This document shows positions 1 to 12,171 of a stretch of 64,000 nucleotides of DNA, in pieces. A program made the position numbers and the translations under genes. The notes below the pieces were generated by a model. That model was not told where the DNA came from. It worked only from the letters and a program-made list of their open reading frames with translations, and ran no database searches. Origin of the DNA: Dehalococcoidia bacterium (lineage in GTDB: Bacteria > Chloroflexota > Dehalococcoidia > Bin125); NCBI GenBank assembly GCA_963663185.1, contig OY760135.1, positions 530,044 to 594,043 on the forward strand. The letters run 5' to 3'. Numbering within the stretch: the first letter of the stretch is position 1; every line of letters starts with the position of its first letter.

Positions 1-1
1 G

Positions 2-1030
2 GACTATGTCGAAACCGCGACGCCGGTCGCGTCGCGGCACGTCGTCGAGAAATATGCGCTGCCGGCCTCTCCCGCCACGATACGCCACGAAATGCACGTC
101 CTCGAGCAAGAGGGCTACCTCACCCATCCCCACACCTCGGCCGGACGCGTCCCGTCCAATCTGGGCTACCGACACTTCGTCCAGTCGCTGATGGGTCACG
201 CCGAGCTCGGCCCTGCCGAGCAAGCCTCGGTCCGCCACCAGTTCTTTCAGGCGGCGCCGGCGGTCGACGAATGGGTCGAGCTGGCAGCCACGGTGCTGGC
301 GCGATCGTTGGGCCTGCTGGTGATCGTCGCGCCGCCTCATCCGGAGCAGCTGCGCGTGCGCCAGCTTGAACTGATCTCGCTCAACGAGTTGCTGGTCCTG
401 ATGATTGTCGTGGTGCAGGAAGCACGCATGATTCGGCAGTTGATGCCGTTGCCGCAGCCGATCGAGATCGACGAACTGGATGATTTGGCCAGCAAGCTGA
501 GCGGCCTGCTGCACGGCCGCTCGTCGAGCGATATCCGTCTGATCGGCCGCCAACTGCTCGATCAGGTCGGTTCGAGCCCGGTTGAACAGTTCGTGCTCGA
601 CACGCTGGCGCAGGTGCTCGATCGCGATGCCCTGCGGGCGGGGATTCCGGCCATCGCCGGACTCGGCGGGATGATGTCACAGCCTGAGTTCCAGCAGGAA
701 CCCGAGCGCTCGCTGGAACTGATTGAGCTCGTCGATCGGCACGCGGCTGAGGCGCTCGTGCCGAGCGCCGTCTTCGAGGCGGCCGGCGCCGACGCGCTCG
801 CTGAGTGGGACATGCGCGTTCTGATCGGTGATGATCACCCGACCACGATGTTGCAGGACTGCTCGCTCGTGCTGGCGCCGTATCAATCAGGCGACAGCGG
901 CGAGATCCCCGGCTACGTCGGGATCATCGGCCCGACGCGTATGAACTATCCGCGTAGCGTCGCGGGCGCGCGCTTCTACGCCCAACTCCTCCAGGAAATG
1001 ATCGACGCCGTATATGGAGCGAATCGATGA
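2..1030 (+). CDS. hrcA: Heat-inducible transcription repressor HrcA (5' end outside window)
   Basis: Open frame from position 2 (DYVETATPVAS...SPATIRHEM..LE..GYL.HPHTSAGRVPS); C-terminal GIIGPTRMNY; precedes grpE-dnaK. Confidence 0.95.
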   Translation, partial: DYVETATPVASRHVVEKYALPASPATIRHEMHVLEQEGYLTHPHTSAGRVPSNLGYRHFVQSLMGHAELGPAEQASVRHQFFQAAPAVDEWVELAATVLARSLGLLVIVAPPHPEQLRVRQLELISLNELLVLMIVVVQEARMIRQLMPLPQPIEIDELDDLASKLSGLLHGRSSSDIRLIGRQLLDQVGSSPVEQFVLDTLAQVLDRDALRAGIPAIAGLGGMMSQPEFQQEPERSLELIELVDRHAAEALVPSAVFEAAGADALAEWDMRVLIGDDHPTTMLQDCSLVLAPYQSGDSGEIPGYVGIIGPTRMNYPRSVAGARFYAQLLQEMIDAVYGANR

Positions 1031-1629
1031 GCGATGAACAGACGCAGTCGACCGACGCAGCCGAGGCGCCCGACGAGGTCACGGAAGCGGCAGACGAGTT
1101 GAGTCAGATGCGCGAGCAGTTCCTGCGCGCGCGCGCCGACTACGAAAATCTGAAGCGACGTTCCGCGCAGGATGTTCGCGACCGCGTCCAGCAATCACAG
1201 CGCGGGATCCTGCTCGATCTGATCGAGTTGGCGGACGACTTTGAGCGCGCGGACCGCGAGGCGCCGGCCGACCCGAACGCGATCGATCCGTGGCGGCAAG
1301 GGGTCGAGCTGATCGCGCAGAAGTTGCGGGCCATGTTGCTGCGACAGCAGGTCCAGCCGATCGACACCGTCGATCAGCGCTTTGACCCCGAGTTTCACGA
1401 AGCGGTCGGACAGCTGCCCGGCCGTTCGCACGAGATCGCCGCGGTGCTCCGCACCGGTTACACGCAGAGCGCACGCGTCCTGCGCGCCACGCAGGTGATG
1501 GTCGGCGACGGCTCGATCGCCAGCGCCGAAGCCGCCGACACGGACCAACCCAACCAGTCAAAGCAGACAGACCAGTCAGAACAGTCAGACGGACCAGCCT
1601 CAGCGGCTTCTTCAGGTCAAGCGGAATAG
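1027..1629 (+). CDS. grpE: Nucleotide exchange factor GrpE
   Basis: LRARADYENLKRR, FDPEFHEAV, GY....RVLRA.QV.V motifs; operon position. Confidence 0.95.
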   Translation: MSDEQTQSTDAAEAPDEVTEAADELSQMREQFLRARADYENLKRRSAQDVRDRVQQSQRGILLDLIELADDFERADREAPADPNAIDPWRQGVELIAQKLRAMLLRQQVQPIDTVDQRFDPEFHEAVGQLPGRSHEIAAVLRTGYTQSARVLRATQVMVGDGSIASAEAADTDQPNQSKQTDQSEQSDGPASAASSGQAE

Positions 1630-1638
1630 GAGATCCTC

Positions 1639-3528
<1,890 letters not shown>

Positions 3529-3553
3529 GTCCGAGACGAAGCGAACGCCCCAC

Positions 3554-3901
3554 TCAGGGAGTGGTGATTGCGGCTTCGGGCCGTTCGTCGACATCCACCA
3601 GTACAGCCGAGGCCGACTCTGTGCTGGGCATCGCACTCGCGGCATATGGAAATGCCGAGCTGGCTGCAAGAATCAGCAAAACAGTCAGAGGCAATGTCAG
3701 CCTGTTGGAACCTGTGGTGTTAGCACGTCCAATCTCCTCGTGATGGCGCCGTTCGTAACGGCAAACGCAGGGCTGGGCGTCTGTCCACGGGCAGTGGTGG
3801 GCGGCCTCGTGGAGCATTGCGTCGACTCTCGAGACGACATGCGGGTCGCCAGTCTGTTCAAGAACAACGCCTGTGAGCTCGATCGTGATCTCCCAGGACA
3901 T
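3554..3901 (-). CDS. Possible hypothetical protein or decayed fragment between dnaK and the dnaJ-like repeat
   Basis: Open frame with a hydrophobic stretch (LTLPLTVLLILAASSA); no family recognised. Confidence 0.2.
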   Translation of the reverse strand: MSWEITIELTGVVLEQTGDPHVVSRVDAMLHEAAHHCPWTDAQPCVCRYERRHHEEIGRANTTGSNRLTLPLTVLLILAASSAFPYAASAMPSTESASAVLVDVDERPEAAITTP

Positions 3902-4038
3902 GGCCGCGCAGCGCCAGTGTGGAAACAGCTGGATGCTCCCACCGTGACCGTGCGGCCCACGATCCTCGCTCGCGCACTGGTGCTGGCGGCCAGTGGCCTC
4001 AGATGAGGCCCGACATCGCAAGAGCCTGCTATCGGCGA

Positions 4039-4143
4039 GCGCGATACGCTACGGACATGGCGCAATCTGACGGCTGCTACGAAATACTTGGCGTGGCGCG
4101 TGACGCATCGCGGGACGACACCCGCCGCTCCGTCCGCAAACTG
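4039..4143 (+). repeat. Direct repeat copy 1 of dnaJ promoter + 5' coding end
   Basis: 105 nt with 11 mismatches versus 8030-8134 (manual alignment). Confidence 0.95.
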
Positions 4144-4146
4144 TAA
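4057..4146 (+). pseudogene. Truncated dnaJ 5' fragment (29-aa mini-ORF)
   Basis: MAQSDGCYEILGVARDASRDDTRRSVRKL* versus DnaJ MAQSDDFYEILGVARDASQDDIRRSFRKL; stops 2 nt before the next ATG. Confidence 0.9.
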
Positions 4147-4148
4147 GC

Positions 4149-5288
4149 ATGCCGTTTCGCTTTATTCATACGGCGGACTGGCAAATCGGCAAGGTGTTTC
4201 GCTTTGTCGACGACGCCACGATGGGCGTTCTGCAACAGGCCCGCCTGGAAGCGATCACTCGGATCGGCGCGCTGGCGACGGATTACTCCGCAGCCCATGT
4301 CCTGGTTGCTGGCGACATCTGGGAATATGAGGCGCCAGCATTGCGTACTCGCAATCAGACGCTGGAACGCATGCGAGCCCACGACGATGTCCACTGGCAT
4401 TTGCTGCCGGGCAACCACGATGCGCATCAGCCCAATGGCCTGTGGGACCAGCTTCGTCAACGCGGACTGCCCGAAAACGTACACATCTACACCGCGCCAG
4501 AGGTTTCGGAGATCGAGCCCGGCGTCGCTGCGGTGCTGCCAGCACCCTTGCAGCACCGTCGCAGTTTGAGCGATCTGACTGAATGGATGGACCATGCCAG
4601 GACGGATCACGGCGTCATTCGGATCGGCCTGGCGCACGGCTCGGTGCGTGGTTTCGGTACCAACGAGGAACAGCGCGCCAACCCGATCGAGCCCACGCGC
4701 CCGGAGGCGGCGAGGCTCGACTATCTCGCGCTGGGCGACTGGCATGGACCGATCGAGGTCAACGAGCGCTGCCGCTACAGCGGCACTCCAGAGACGGACT
4801 CATTCCAGACACAGGGAACGGGCACTGCGCTGTTGGTGGACATCGAGACCGCGGGCGTTGCTCCCCGCGTGCAATCGCTGGACACCGGTCAGTACTCCTG
4901 GACCTCAGTCAGCGAATCGGTCTCAGACTGGCAAGACATCGACTGGCTTGACCAGTATCTCCGTTCGCTCGGCCGCGAACCGGCGCGGACGCTGGTATCG
5001 CTGACCGTTGATGGCGCGCTCTCACTGGCTGATATGGAGTACTACAGTCGCAAGATTCTGGAAGAGGCCTCGGCCTCATTAGCCCATTTGCGCGTTAACG
5101 ATGACGACCTCTACGCGATCCCCAGCGACGACGACATGGACGCCATTGATGCGGGCGGCATCGTTCGGGCGGCGGCGGATCGACTGCGGGAACTGATGGA
5201 AGACGGCGGTGAGCAGGCCGATATTGCGAGCGAGGCGTTACAGCGGCTCTTCATTGAGCAGCAGCGAATCGAGTCTCGGTCACGATGA
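4149..5288 (+). CDS. Mre11/SbcD-like metallophosphoesterase nuclease
   Basis: HTADWQIG, AGDIWE, PGNHD, AHGSV, LGDWHG, YSGTPE motifs. Confidence 0.92.
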   Translation: MPFRFIHTADWQIGKVFRFVDDATMGVLQQARLEAITRIGALATDYSAAHVLVAGDIWEYEAPALRTRNQTLERMRAHDDVHWHLLPGNHDAHQPNGLWDQLRQRGLPENVHIYTAPEVSEIEPGVAAVLPAPLQHRRSLSDLTEWMDHARTDHGVIRIGLAHGSVRGFGTNEEQRANPIEPTRPEAARLDYLALGDWHGPIEVNERCRYSGTPETDSFQTQGTGTALLVDIETAGVAPRVQSLDTGQYSWTSVSESVSDWQDIDWLDQYLRSLGREPARTLVSLTVDGALSLADMEYYSRKILEEASASLAHLRVNDDDLYAIPSDDDMDAIDAGGIVRAAADRLRELMEDGGEQADIASEALQRLFIEQQRIESRSR

Positions 5289-7975
5289 AACTGCGCTCGC
5301 TGTCCGTCAATCAATTCAAGAAGTTCACCTCGCCTCACGTGTTGGACGGCATCACGGATGAACTGAATATCGTCGTGGGACCGAACGAGTTGGGCAAATC
5401 GACGCTCCTGGACGCGCTGCGCGCAGTCTTGTTCGAGCGATATGGATCGAAAGCGCAAGTCATCCAGCGCCTACAGAATGACCGCAGCCAGGCCGCGCCG
5501 GTGGTTGAGCTCGTGTTCGACGTCGAGGGCGGCGAGTACGCGTTGACGAAGCGCTTCATGAAGCGTGAGTTCGCGCAACTACGGTGTCCGGATGGGACGC
5601 TGCTCGAATCCGACGCAGCGGAAGCGGAACTGCGCCGTCTGCTCGGATTCAAGGAGGCCGGCAGCCGCGGCTCCAATCCAGAGAGTCTGGGCATGTGGGG
5701 CGTGCTCTGGGTGTTGCAGGGAGAGTCGTTCGGTCGGCCTGAACTCGCTGACTCGGCACAGGCCAGTCTGAGCGCAGGGTTGGAGTCGGAAGTCGGCGAG
5801 GTGCTCGGCGGTCGACGCGGCCGTGAGCTGCCTCAGGCGATTGAACGGTCGTTGGCCGAACTGGTCACAGCCTCGCAACGGCGGCCCCGAGGTCAGTACA
5901 AGGATGCTCTTGATCACGTTGTCGAGCTGGGATATCAACTGACCGACCAAAAGCGGCAGCAACGCGAGATCGCCGACACGATTGAGCAGTTGGGCGCTGC
6001 GCAGGGTCGACTGCTTGAGCTCGAGTCGGACGACCAGGATCAGACATACCGCGAAGCACTCACGACCGCGCGGGCCGAGCTCAGAGAAGCCGAACAGCGC
6101 CAACTACAGATCAGCGCCGCGCAAAGCGAACTTGAGAATCGCAGCCGACAGCTTGCCCAGGCGCATCAGGCGGTGGACAACCGCGAGCAACGACGCAATG
6201 AGCTCGCCGCCGATGATGACGAGCTTGAGCAGAGCGCCAAAGTCCTGAGCGATTTGCGTGATCGCGAGGCCGATGCGCAACAACGGCTGGAGCCGCTCCG
6301 CCAAGCCTTGCAGCAAGCGGAAGAGCGAACGACCAACGCAGAGCGCGAGGAATCCTATTGGCGCAACGCAGTGACGGTGATTACGCGCGCATCTGAACTG
6401 GACGCCCTGCGCAGCAGACAGAGTGAGATTGACAGCGCCTTGGAACGTCTGGCCGCTGCGCGCCGCGCCGTCGCCGAAATCAACGTTGATGACGAGCTCA
6501 TGCAACGTATCCGCGAGGCATCCACTGCGCTCGAACGCGCCAATGCTCGGCTCAGCGGCGCCGCAACACGAATCACCTTTGACTTTGACGCGGACCACCT
6601 TGGCGGCGTCGAAGTGGACGGTAGCGCGCTCACTGATCCGCAAGCGGTGGTGAACGCGATCAGACCCGTCGTGATTGTGATTCCCCAACGGGGACAGATC
6701 GTCGTCGACCCGGCGATCGCAGACGTTGCTCAGCTCAGCGGCCAAGAACGCGAGGCGCGACTCGCCCTGGCTGAGGCTCTCGCCCAGGCGGATGCGGAGT
6801 CGGTCATCGCGGCCGAACTGCGCCGCGACGAGCGCCGCGATCGTGAGGCGCGGGTGGAGGCTGCCATTGAAGAGGTCGCTCGGCAGGGAACGAATCGGGA
6901 CGAGGTCGCCCAGCAATTGCACGCGCATGAAGTGTGGCGCAGCGCGCTCGCGCCCGATCTGCTGGCTCTCCTGGCTCATGAACGCAACGAAGCCGAACGC
7001 ATGCTGCAAGACGCGCAGGACGAACTCAGTCGTTGTCGTGACTCTTATCGCCAGGCGCAATCGGCGTTGGAACAGCGCCGACAATCGATGGAGATGCTGA
7101 GCGGAGAGGTCCGCGAGCAGCAAGGCGTGGTCGAACTCGCAACCGACATGCTGAAGCGCCGTCGAACCGCATTCGAGTCTGAGGTGGCGCAGACTCCGGA
7201 TGCGGAGCTTGGGGAAGTCGTTCGCGCCGCCGCGTCGGCAGAGTCCGATATGAGCCGAGAGATCGACGCGCTGCAAGCGAACCTGCCCCCGCACAGCGCC
7301 GAGCTGCTGCAAGCGAGGATTGACCGGCTCGAAGAGGTGATCAAGACCCGAGACAGCAGACGCAGCGACTTGGGGTCTGAGATTTCACGTCTTCAAGGCA
7401 TGATCGAAGCGCGGGAGGGCGCCGGCATTGAGGAGTCGATCGAGCACACGTCTCGTGAGCTCGACCTTGCCCGACAGCGCTGCGCTCGCTTCGAGCGCCA
7501 AGCGGCCGTGCTGGATCTGCTCGCCTCCACCTTGCGCGAAGCAGAGTCCGAAGCGAAGGAGCGCTATCTCGCTCCCGTGCTGGGACGCGTGCATCCGTAT
7601 CTACAGATGCTGTTTCCCAAGGCTGCCATCAGGATGGACGAGAACTTCAACATCGTCGGTATCTCCCGGCAAAGCGGTTACGAAGAGGGTTTTGATCGAC
7701 TGAGCATCGGCACGCAGGAACAGATTGCGGTGCTGGTCCGCTTGGCGTTTGCGGAGATGCTCGTCGATCAGGGCGCGCCAGCCGCGGTGATCCTGGATGA
7801 CGCCCTGGTCTTTTCCGATGACCAGCGAATGCAGCTTATGTTCGATATTCTCACGCATGCCGCCAAGCGGGTGCAGATCATCATCTTCACATGCCGAGAA
7901 CAACTCTTTGACGGCTTGGGGGCGCGCCAACTCAAGCTGATGCCCGGCGACGCTGACTCATTGCGCTCGGCCTAG
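5285..7975 (+). CDS. Rad50/SbcC (YhaN-like) SMC-type ATPase
   Basis: Walker A GPNELGKS, long coiled coil, signature LSIGTQEQ, Walker B VILDDALVFSD; overlaps upstream stop (ATGA). Confidence 0.92.
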   Translation: MKLRSLSVNQFKKFTSPHVLDGITDELNIVVGPNELGKSTLLDALRAVLFERYGSKAQVIQRLQNDRSQAAPVVELVFDVEGGEYALTKRFMKREFAQLRCPDGTLLESDAAEAELRRLLGFKEAGSRGSNPESLGMWGVLWVLQGESFGRPELADSAQASLSAGLESEVGEVLGGRRGRELPQAIERSLAELVTASQRRPRGQYKDALDHVVELGYQLTDQKRQQREIADTIEQLGAAQGRLLELESDDQDQTYREALTTARAELREAEQRQLQISAAQSELENRSRQLAQAHQAVDNREQRRNELAADDDELEQSAKVLSDLRDREADAQQRLEPLRQALQQAEERTTNAEREESYWRNAVTVITRASELDALRSRQSEIDSALERLAAARRAVAEINVDDELMQRIREASTALERANARLSGAATRITFDFDADHLGGVEVDGSALTDPQAVVNAIRPVVIVIPQRGQIVVDPAIADVAQLSGQEREARLALAEALAQADAESVIAAELRRDERRDREARVEAAIEEVARQGTNRDEVAQQLHAHEVWRSALAPDLLALLAHERNEAERMLQDAQDELSRCRDSYRQAQSALEQRRQSMEMLSGEVREQQGVVELATDMLKRRRTAFESEVAQTPDAELGEVVRAAASAESDMSREIDALQANLPPHSAELLQARIDRLEEVIKTRDSRRSDLGSEISRLQGMIEAREGAGIEESIEHTSRELDLARQRCARFERQAAVLDLLASTLREAESEAKERYLAPVLGRVHPYLQMLFPKAAIRMDENFNIVGISRQSGYEEGFDRLSIGTQEQIAVLVRLAFAEMLVDQGAPAAVILDDALVFSDDQRMQLMFDILTHAAKRVQIIIFTCREQLFDGLGARQLKLMPGDADSLRSA

Positions 7976-8029
7976 AGTTCGACGAAGGTAGACCGACTGG
8001 TAGACCGACGGGACTGCTCGTACCGAGCG

Positions 8030-8134
8030 GCGCGATACGCTACAGACATGGCACAATCTGACGACTTCTACGAAATCCTTGGCGTGGCGCGTGATGCCTC
8101 GCAGGACGACATCCGCCGCTCCTTCCGCAAGCTG
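8030..8134 (+). repeat. Direct repeat copy 2 (native dnaJ promoter + 5' end)
   Basis: Matches 4039-4143. Confidence 0.95.
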
Positions 8135-9172
8135 GCGATGGAACACCATCCCGACCGTGTCACGGACCCGGCGCTCAAGGAGCAGTCGGAGGCGACCTTC
8201 AAGCGGGTCGCCGCGGCCTACGAAGTGCTCTCTGACCCCGAAAAGCGGTCGAAGTATGACCAGTACGGCTCAGCCAGCGCGTTTGCGCAGGGCACAGGCT
8301 TCGAGGGCTTCGACTTCGGCGGCTTCGGCGACATCTTCGATGCGTTCTTCGGCGGACGCCGCGCCGCTGGCCCCGTCCGCGGCGGCGACCTACGGCTACA
8401 GATCGAACTCAACTTCGAAGACGCTGTCTTCGGCTCAGAGGAGGAGATTCGCGCCTCACGGCTCGAGCATTGCAGCATCTGCGGCGGCTCCGGCGGAGAG
8501 CCGGGCACGCAGCGAGCCGCTTGCGGCGGCTGCGGCGGCTCCGGCGAGATCCGACGCACCCAATCCAACGTGTTCGGACGCTTCGTCAACGTCGCGCCAT
8601 GCGAGGCCTGCGAAGGCGAAGGCTCCGTGATCGAGCATCCATGCACGGCCTGCGGCGGGATCGGTCGCGAACAGCGCAATCGCAAGCTCAAGGTTAAAAT
8701 TCCCGCCGGTGTGACCGATGGCGCTCAGATGCGGCTGACCGGCGAAGGCGACGCCGGCCTGCGCGGCGGTCCGGCCGGCAATCTCTATGTCGACATCGCG
8801 GTCCAGGAACACGACCTCTTCATTCGCGACGGCAACGACCTCGTCCTGCCGCTACATCTGAACGTCGCGCAAGTGGCGTTGGGCGCCGTCGTGGAGATCC
8901 CGGGCATTGACGGACACAGTCAACCGCTCGACATCCCCGCCGGCACCCAGCACGGGCACGACTTCCGCCTGCGCGGAGAGGGCGTCCCGCACCTGCGCGG
9001 ACGCGGACGCGGCGACTTGCGCGTCCACGTCCTGGTGGACACTCCGCTCAAGCTCTCCGCTCGGCAGCGGGAGCTGTTTGAAGAGCTCTCCGAGCTGCTG
9101 GACACGCCGTCGAAACGGGGCGGAGACGATGACGGCGTGTTCTCACGCATTCGCGGCGCATTCTCCAATTAG
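8048..9172 (+). CDS. dnaJ: Chaperone DnaJ
   Basis: J domain HPD, G/F region, four CxxCxGxG repeats. Confidence 0.98.
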   Translation: MAQSDDFYEILGVARDASQDDIRRSFRKLAMEHHPDRVTDPALKEQSEATFKRVAAAYEVLSDPEKRSKYDQYGSASAFAQGTGFEGFDFGGFGDIFDAFFGGRRAAGPVRGGDLRLQIELNFEDAVFGSEEEIRASRLEHCSICGGSGGEPGTQRAACGGCGGSGEIRRTQSNVFGRFVNVAPCEACEGEGSVIEHPCTACGGIGREQRNRKLKVKIPAGVTDGAQMRLTGEGDAGLRGGPAGNLYVDIAVQEHDLFIRDGNDLVLPLHLNVAQVALGAVVEIPGIDGHSQPLDIPAGTQHGHDFRLRGEGVPHLRGRGRGDLRVHVLVDTPLKLSARQRELFEELSELLDTPSKRGGDDDGVFSRIRGAFSN

Positions 9173-9217
9173 TACGAGTGCTCCGATTCACGCGAATCGT
9201 ACGAACAGGGTTCCCGC

Positions 9218-10168
9218 GTGAGTCCGCGCGTCCACCTGCTTCGAATCGCCCTTGAGGTCTCCGCCGCTCAGGTCGAGCTGGCCGTTGCCGCCTGGGAGCT
9301 TGCCGGCGTCTTCAACTCCAGCGTCGAGTACGAAGTCGCTGAATCTTCAGAGGAGCCGTGGCCCGGCCACGACAATCGCACCGATCAGGCTGAGGTCGTC
9401 GCCTACATCAGCCGCGGCCAATGGACCGCCATCGAAACGCGGCTGCGCGAGTCCGCCGCCACACTCCTGCAGCGTCCCGCCAGCATTGACGCGCGGGAGA
9501 TGCCGAATCGCGATTGGCGCACCGCCTGGCATGAACACTTCGATCTCGTCCGCGTCCCTGCCAGCGCGAGGGCGCGCGCGACGAGTCGTCCGGTTCCGAC
9601 TGTCATCATCCGACCGCCGCACATTACGTATCACGCCAAGCCGGACGAAGTGGTGATCGATCTCGCGCCTGGGCTTGCGTTCGGCACGGGACAGCATCAA
9701 TCCACCCGACTCTGTCTGCAACTGCTCGCCGAGCTGGTTGACGGCGGGGAGCGCGTGTTGGATGTCGGCAGCGGTAGCGGGGTGCTGGCGGTCGCGGCGG
9801 CCAAACTTGGGGCAGCCTCAGTGCTGGCGACTGACATCGATCCGATCGCCGTCGACGCCGCCCGCGAAACTGTCCGACGTAATCAGGTCTCCGACCGCGT
9901 GCGCGTTCAGCACGGCTCCGTTCCCGACGCGCGCGCTGACCTCATCAGCGCCAACCTGACCGCCGACATCCTGCAATACCTCGCGCCTGATCTGTCGCGA
10001 GCGCTCAGACCTGGCGGCCAACTCATCGCCAGCGGACTGATCGTCAGCCGGCGCGAAGCGGTCGCGGCGCGCTTCGCCGATCACGGCCTGTCGCTGGTCG
10101 CAGAGCGTCAGGAAGACGAATGGTTGGCACTGGTCTGTCAGCGGCCGGCAGCCAGCTCGCGTCCGTAA
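9218..10168 (+). CDS. prmA: Ribosomal protein L11 methyltransferase
   Basis: PGLAFGTGQHQST, VLDVGSGSG; follows dnaJ. Confidence 0.92.
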   Translation: MSPRVHLLRIALEVSAAQVELAVAAWELAGVFNSSVEYEVAESSEEPWPGHDNRTDQAEVVAYISRGQWTAIETRLRESAATLLQRPASIDAREMPNRDWRTAWHEHFDLVRVPASARARATSRPVPTVIIRPPHITYHAKPDEVVIDLAPGLAFGTGQHQSTRLCLQLLAELVDGGERVLDVGSGSGVLAVAAAKLGAASVLATDIDPIAVDAARETVRRNQVSDRVRVQHGSVPDARADLISANLTADILQYLAPDLSRALRPGGQLIASGLIVSRREAVAARFADHGLSLVAERQEDEWLALVCQRPAASSRP

Positions 10169-11004
10169 GCGGACATCGGCTGCGCTCCGCCGCCGCGTCT
10201 GACCAGAACGATCTCGCCGAGCACCGAGACGGCGATCTCTTCCGGCGTTTCAGCGCCGATGTCGAGCCCGATCGGCGTGAAGACGCGGTCGAGCGCGGGA
10301 CGATCGATACCTTCCTCGGCGAGGTGCTGCAACACGGTCCGAGTACGTCGCTTGGATCCGATCATGCCGACGTATCCCGCGCCGCGTTCGACCACACAGC
10401 GCAACGCCAACTCGTCCACCTTGTGCCCGCGCGAGACGAGCACGATGAAGGTATTGGCGCTGACCGGAAAGCGCTCGAGCTCCTCCTCGAAGTCGCCGCA
10501 GATGACGTTCGCCTCGTAGGGGAAGCGTTCGGCGTTGGCGTAGTCTTCGCGGTCATCGATGATTGCCACGTCCATGCCCAGCATCGCGCCCAATTGCCCG
10601 ACCGCCAGACCGACATGTCCGCCGCCGACCACGAGCAGCGTCGCCGCCGGCTCGACCACCTCGACCAGCACTTCGACCAGGGCATCCGCGGCCTCAACCG
10701 CGCGGCGACCCTCGACGGGCTCACCGTCCGGCGTGAAGGCGCAGGTCTGCACGAGATGTTTCGTGATCGCCGTTCGCGCGAAGGCGATCACGGCTGTTTC
10801 CAGCTGGCTCAGTTGGCCTCCACCGAAACCGCCGATCGTACGATCGTGGTAGACCAGCAGCTTGGCGCCGAGCGGGGCCAGCACGCCGTCGCTGGCAGCC
10901 ATCAGTGTGCACGATGCCAGGGCAGGACCTTCGCGAGCAGCGCTGAGCAGCGCCCGCGCGATCTCCGCCTGCAATAGGGCCTGATCGGTCGCTGGTTCAC
11001 TCAT
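10138..11004 (-). CDS. XdhC/CoxI family molybdoenzyme maturation protein
   Basis: GAKLLV...IGGFGGG, VVGGGHVG, SRGHKVDE, YVGMIGSKRR, PIGLDIGAETPEEIAVS. Confidence 0.9.
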   Translation of the reverse strand: MSEPATDQALLQAEIARALLSAAREGPALASCTLMAASDGVLAPLGAKLLVYHDRTIGGFGGGQLSQLETAVIAFARTAITKHLVQTCAFTPDGEPVEGRRAVEAADALVEVLVEVVEPAATLLVVGGGHVGLAVGQLGAMLGMDVAIIDDREDYANAERFPYEANVICGDFEEELERFPVSANTFIVLVSRGHKVDELALRCVVERGAGYVGMIGSKRRTRTVLQHLAEEGIDRPALDRVFTPIGLDIGAETPEEIAVSVLGEIVLVRRGGGAQPMSAYGRELAAGR

Positions 11005-11085
11005 CGCGTGCTCACTGCGTCAGAATAGCGCCGCGTCAGACCACGTCAGGCCGCGTTCGCTCCCGCAGGTCGTAGGTCACACAGG

Positions 11086-12171
11086 TCAGACGTTGAAGAG
11101 AATGTGCAGGACATCGCCGTCCTGAACTTCGTAATCTTTGCCCTCGGTGCGGGAGAGGGCGCGTTTCTTGGCCTCCGACTCAGCCGCCGATGCGCCCACG
11201 GCCTCGCCGCACACGAGCAGATCATCCCAGCGAACCACCTCAGCGCGAATGAAGCCTCGCTCCAGATCGGAGTGGATGCGTCCTGCTGCCTGTGGCGCGG
11301 TGGCGCCGCCTGGCACCGTCCAGGCGCGGCACTCATCCGGCCCGACGGTGAAGAAAGTGCGCAGGCCAAGCAATCGGAACGTCTCCTGCAACGCCGTCTC
11401 GACGGCACCAGCGCCGACGCCGAGCTCCTCGCGGTAGGCCGTCGCTTCCTCAGACTCGAAGTCGCGCAGCTCCTCCTCCAATCGCGCCGAGAGCGCGATG
11501 CCGTTAGTTGACGGCTCGCTCGCCGACGCTTCGTCGACATTGAACAGCGTCAACATGGGACGTTCGGTGAGGAAGCGATAGTGGCGAAGGTCGGCGCGTT
11601 CGGAGGATGAGATCGGCGCGTCGCGCAGGGCGCCGCCGTCGCCGAGATGCGATTGCAGCCGAGTCAGCAGGTCCGTCTCGCGATCGGCGGCGACACGCTC
11701 GGCCGCCTTCATCGACTTCGTCTCGGCCGCGATGCGTTCCAGTCGTTTCTCGATCAATGCCAGGTCGGCGAAACTGAGCTCGAGCTGCATCGCCTCCATG
11801 TCGGCGGCGGGATCGATCCGCTCGGCGGGATGCGGCACGGCGTCGTTACGGAAGGCTCTCACGACATGCAACAGCGCGTCGAGCTGTGACAGCTGATCGA
11901 GGAGTCGGCTGGACGGCGGCTCGCCCGAGCCGCCCAAGGCGGCGCTGAAGCCAGCGCCGGGAAAGTCCGTCAGATTCAACACGGCTGGCGTAGTCTTCTT
12001 CGGCGCGTAGAGATCAGAGAGTCGCAACAAGCGAGCATCAGCCGCCGGCATGACGCCCTCGTGCGGATCCTGGTGCGTCGTAAAGCCGGTCGAACGCCCG
12101 GCGCCCGTCAACGCGTTGAACAGCGTCGTCTTGCCTACGCGCTCAAAGCCGACCAACCCGACGGATGTCAT
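11086..12171 (-). CDS. ychF: Redox-regulated ATPase YchF
   Basis: GKTTLFNALT, FFTVGPDECRAW, APQAAGRIHSDLERGFIRAEV, EGKDYEVQDGD. Confidence 0.95.
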   Translation of the reverse strand: MTSVGLVGFERVGKTTLFNALTGAGRSTGFTTHQDPHEGVMPAADARLLRLSDLYAPKKTTPAVLNLTDFPGAGFSAALGGSGEPPSSRLLDQLSQLDALLHVVRAFRNDAVPHPAERIDPAADMEAMQLELSFADLALIEKRLERIAAETKSMKAAERVAADRETDLLTRLQSHLGDGGALRDAPISSSERADLRHYRFLTERPMLTLFNVDEASASEPSTNGIALSARLEEELRDFESEEATAYREELGVGAGAVETALQETFRLLGLRTFFTVGPDECRAWTVPGGATAPQAAGRIHSDLERGFIRAEVVRWDDLLVCGEAVGASAAESEAKKRALSRTEGKDYEVQDGDVLHILFNV

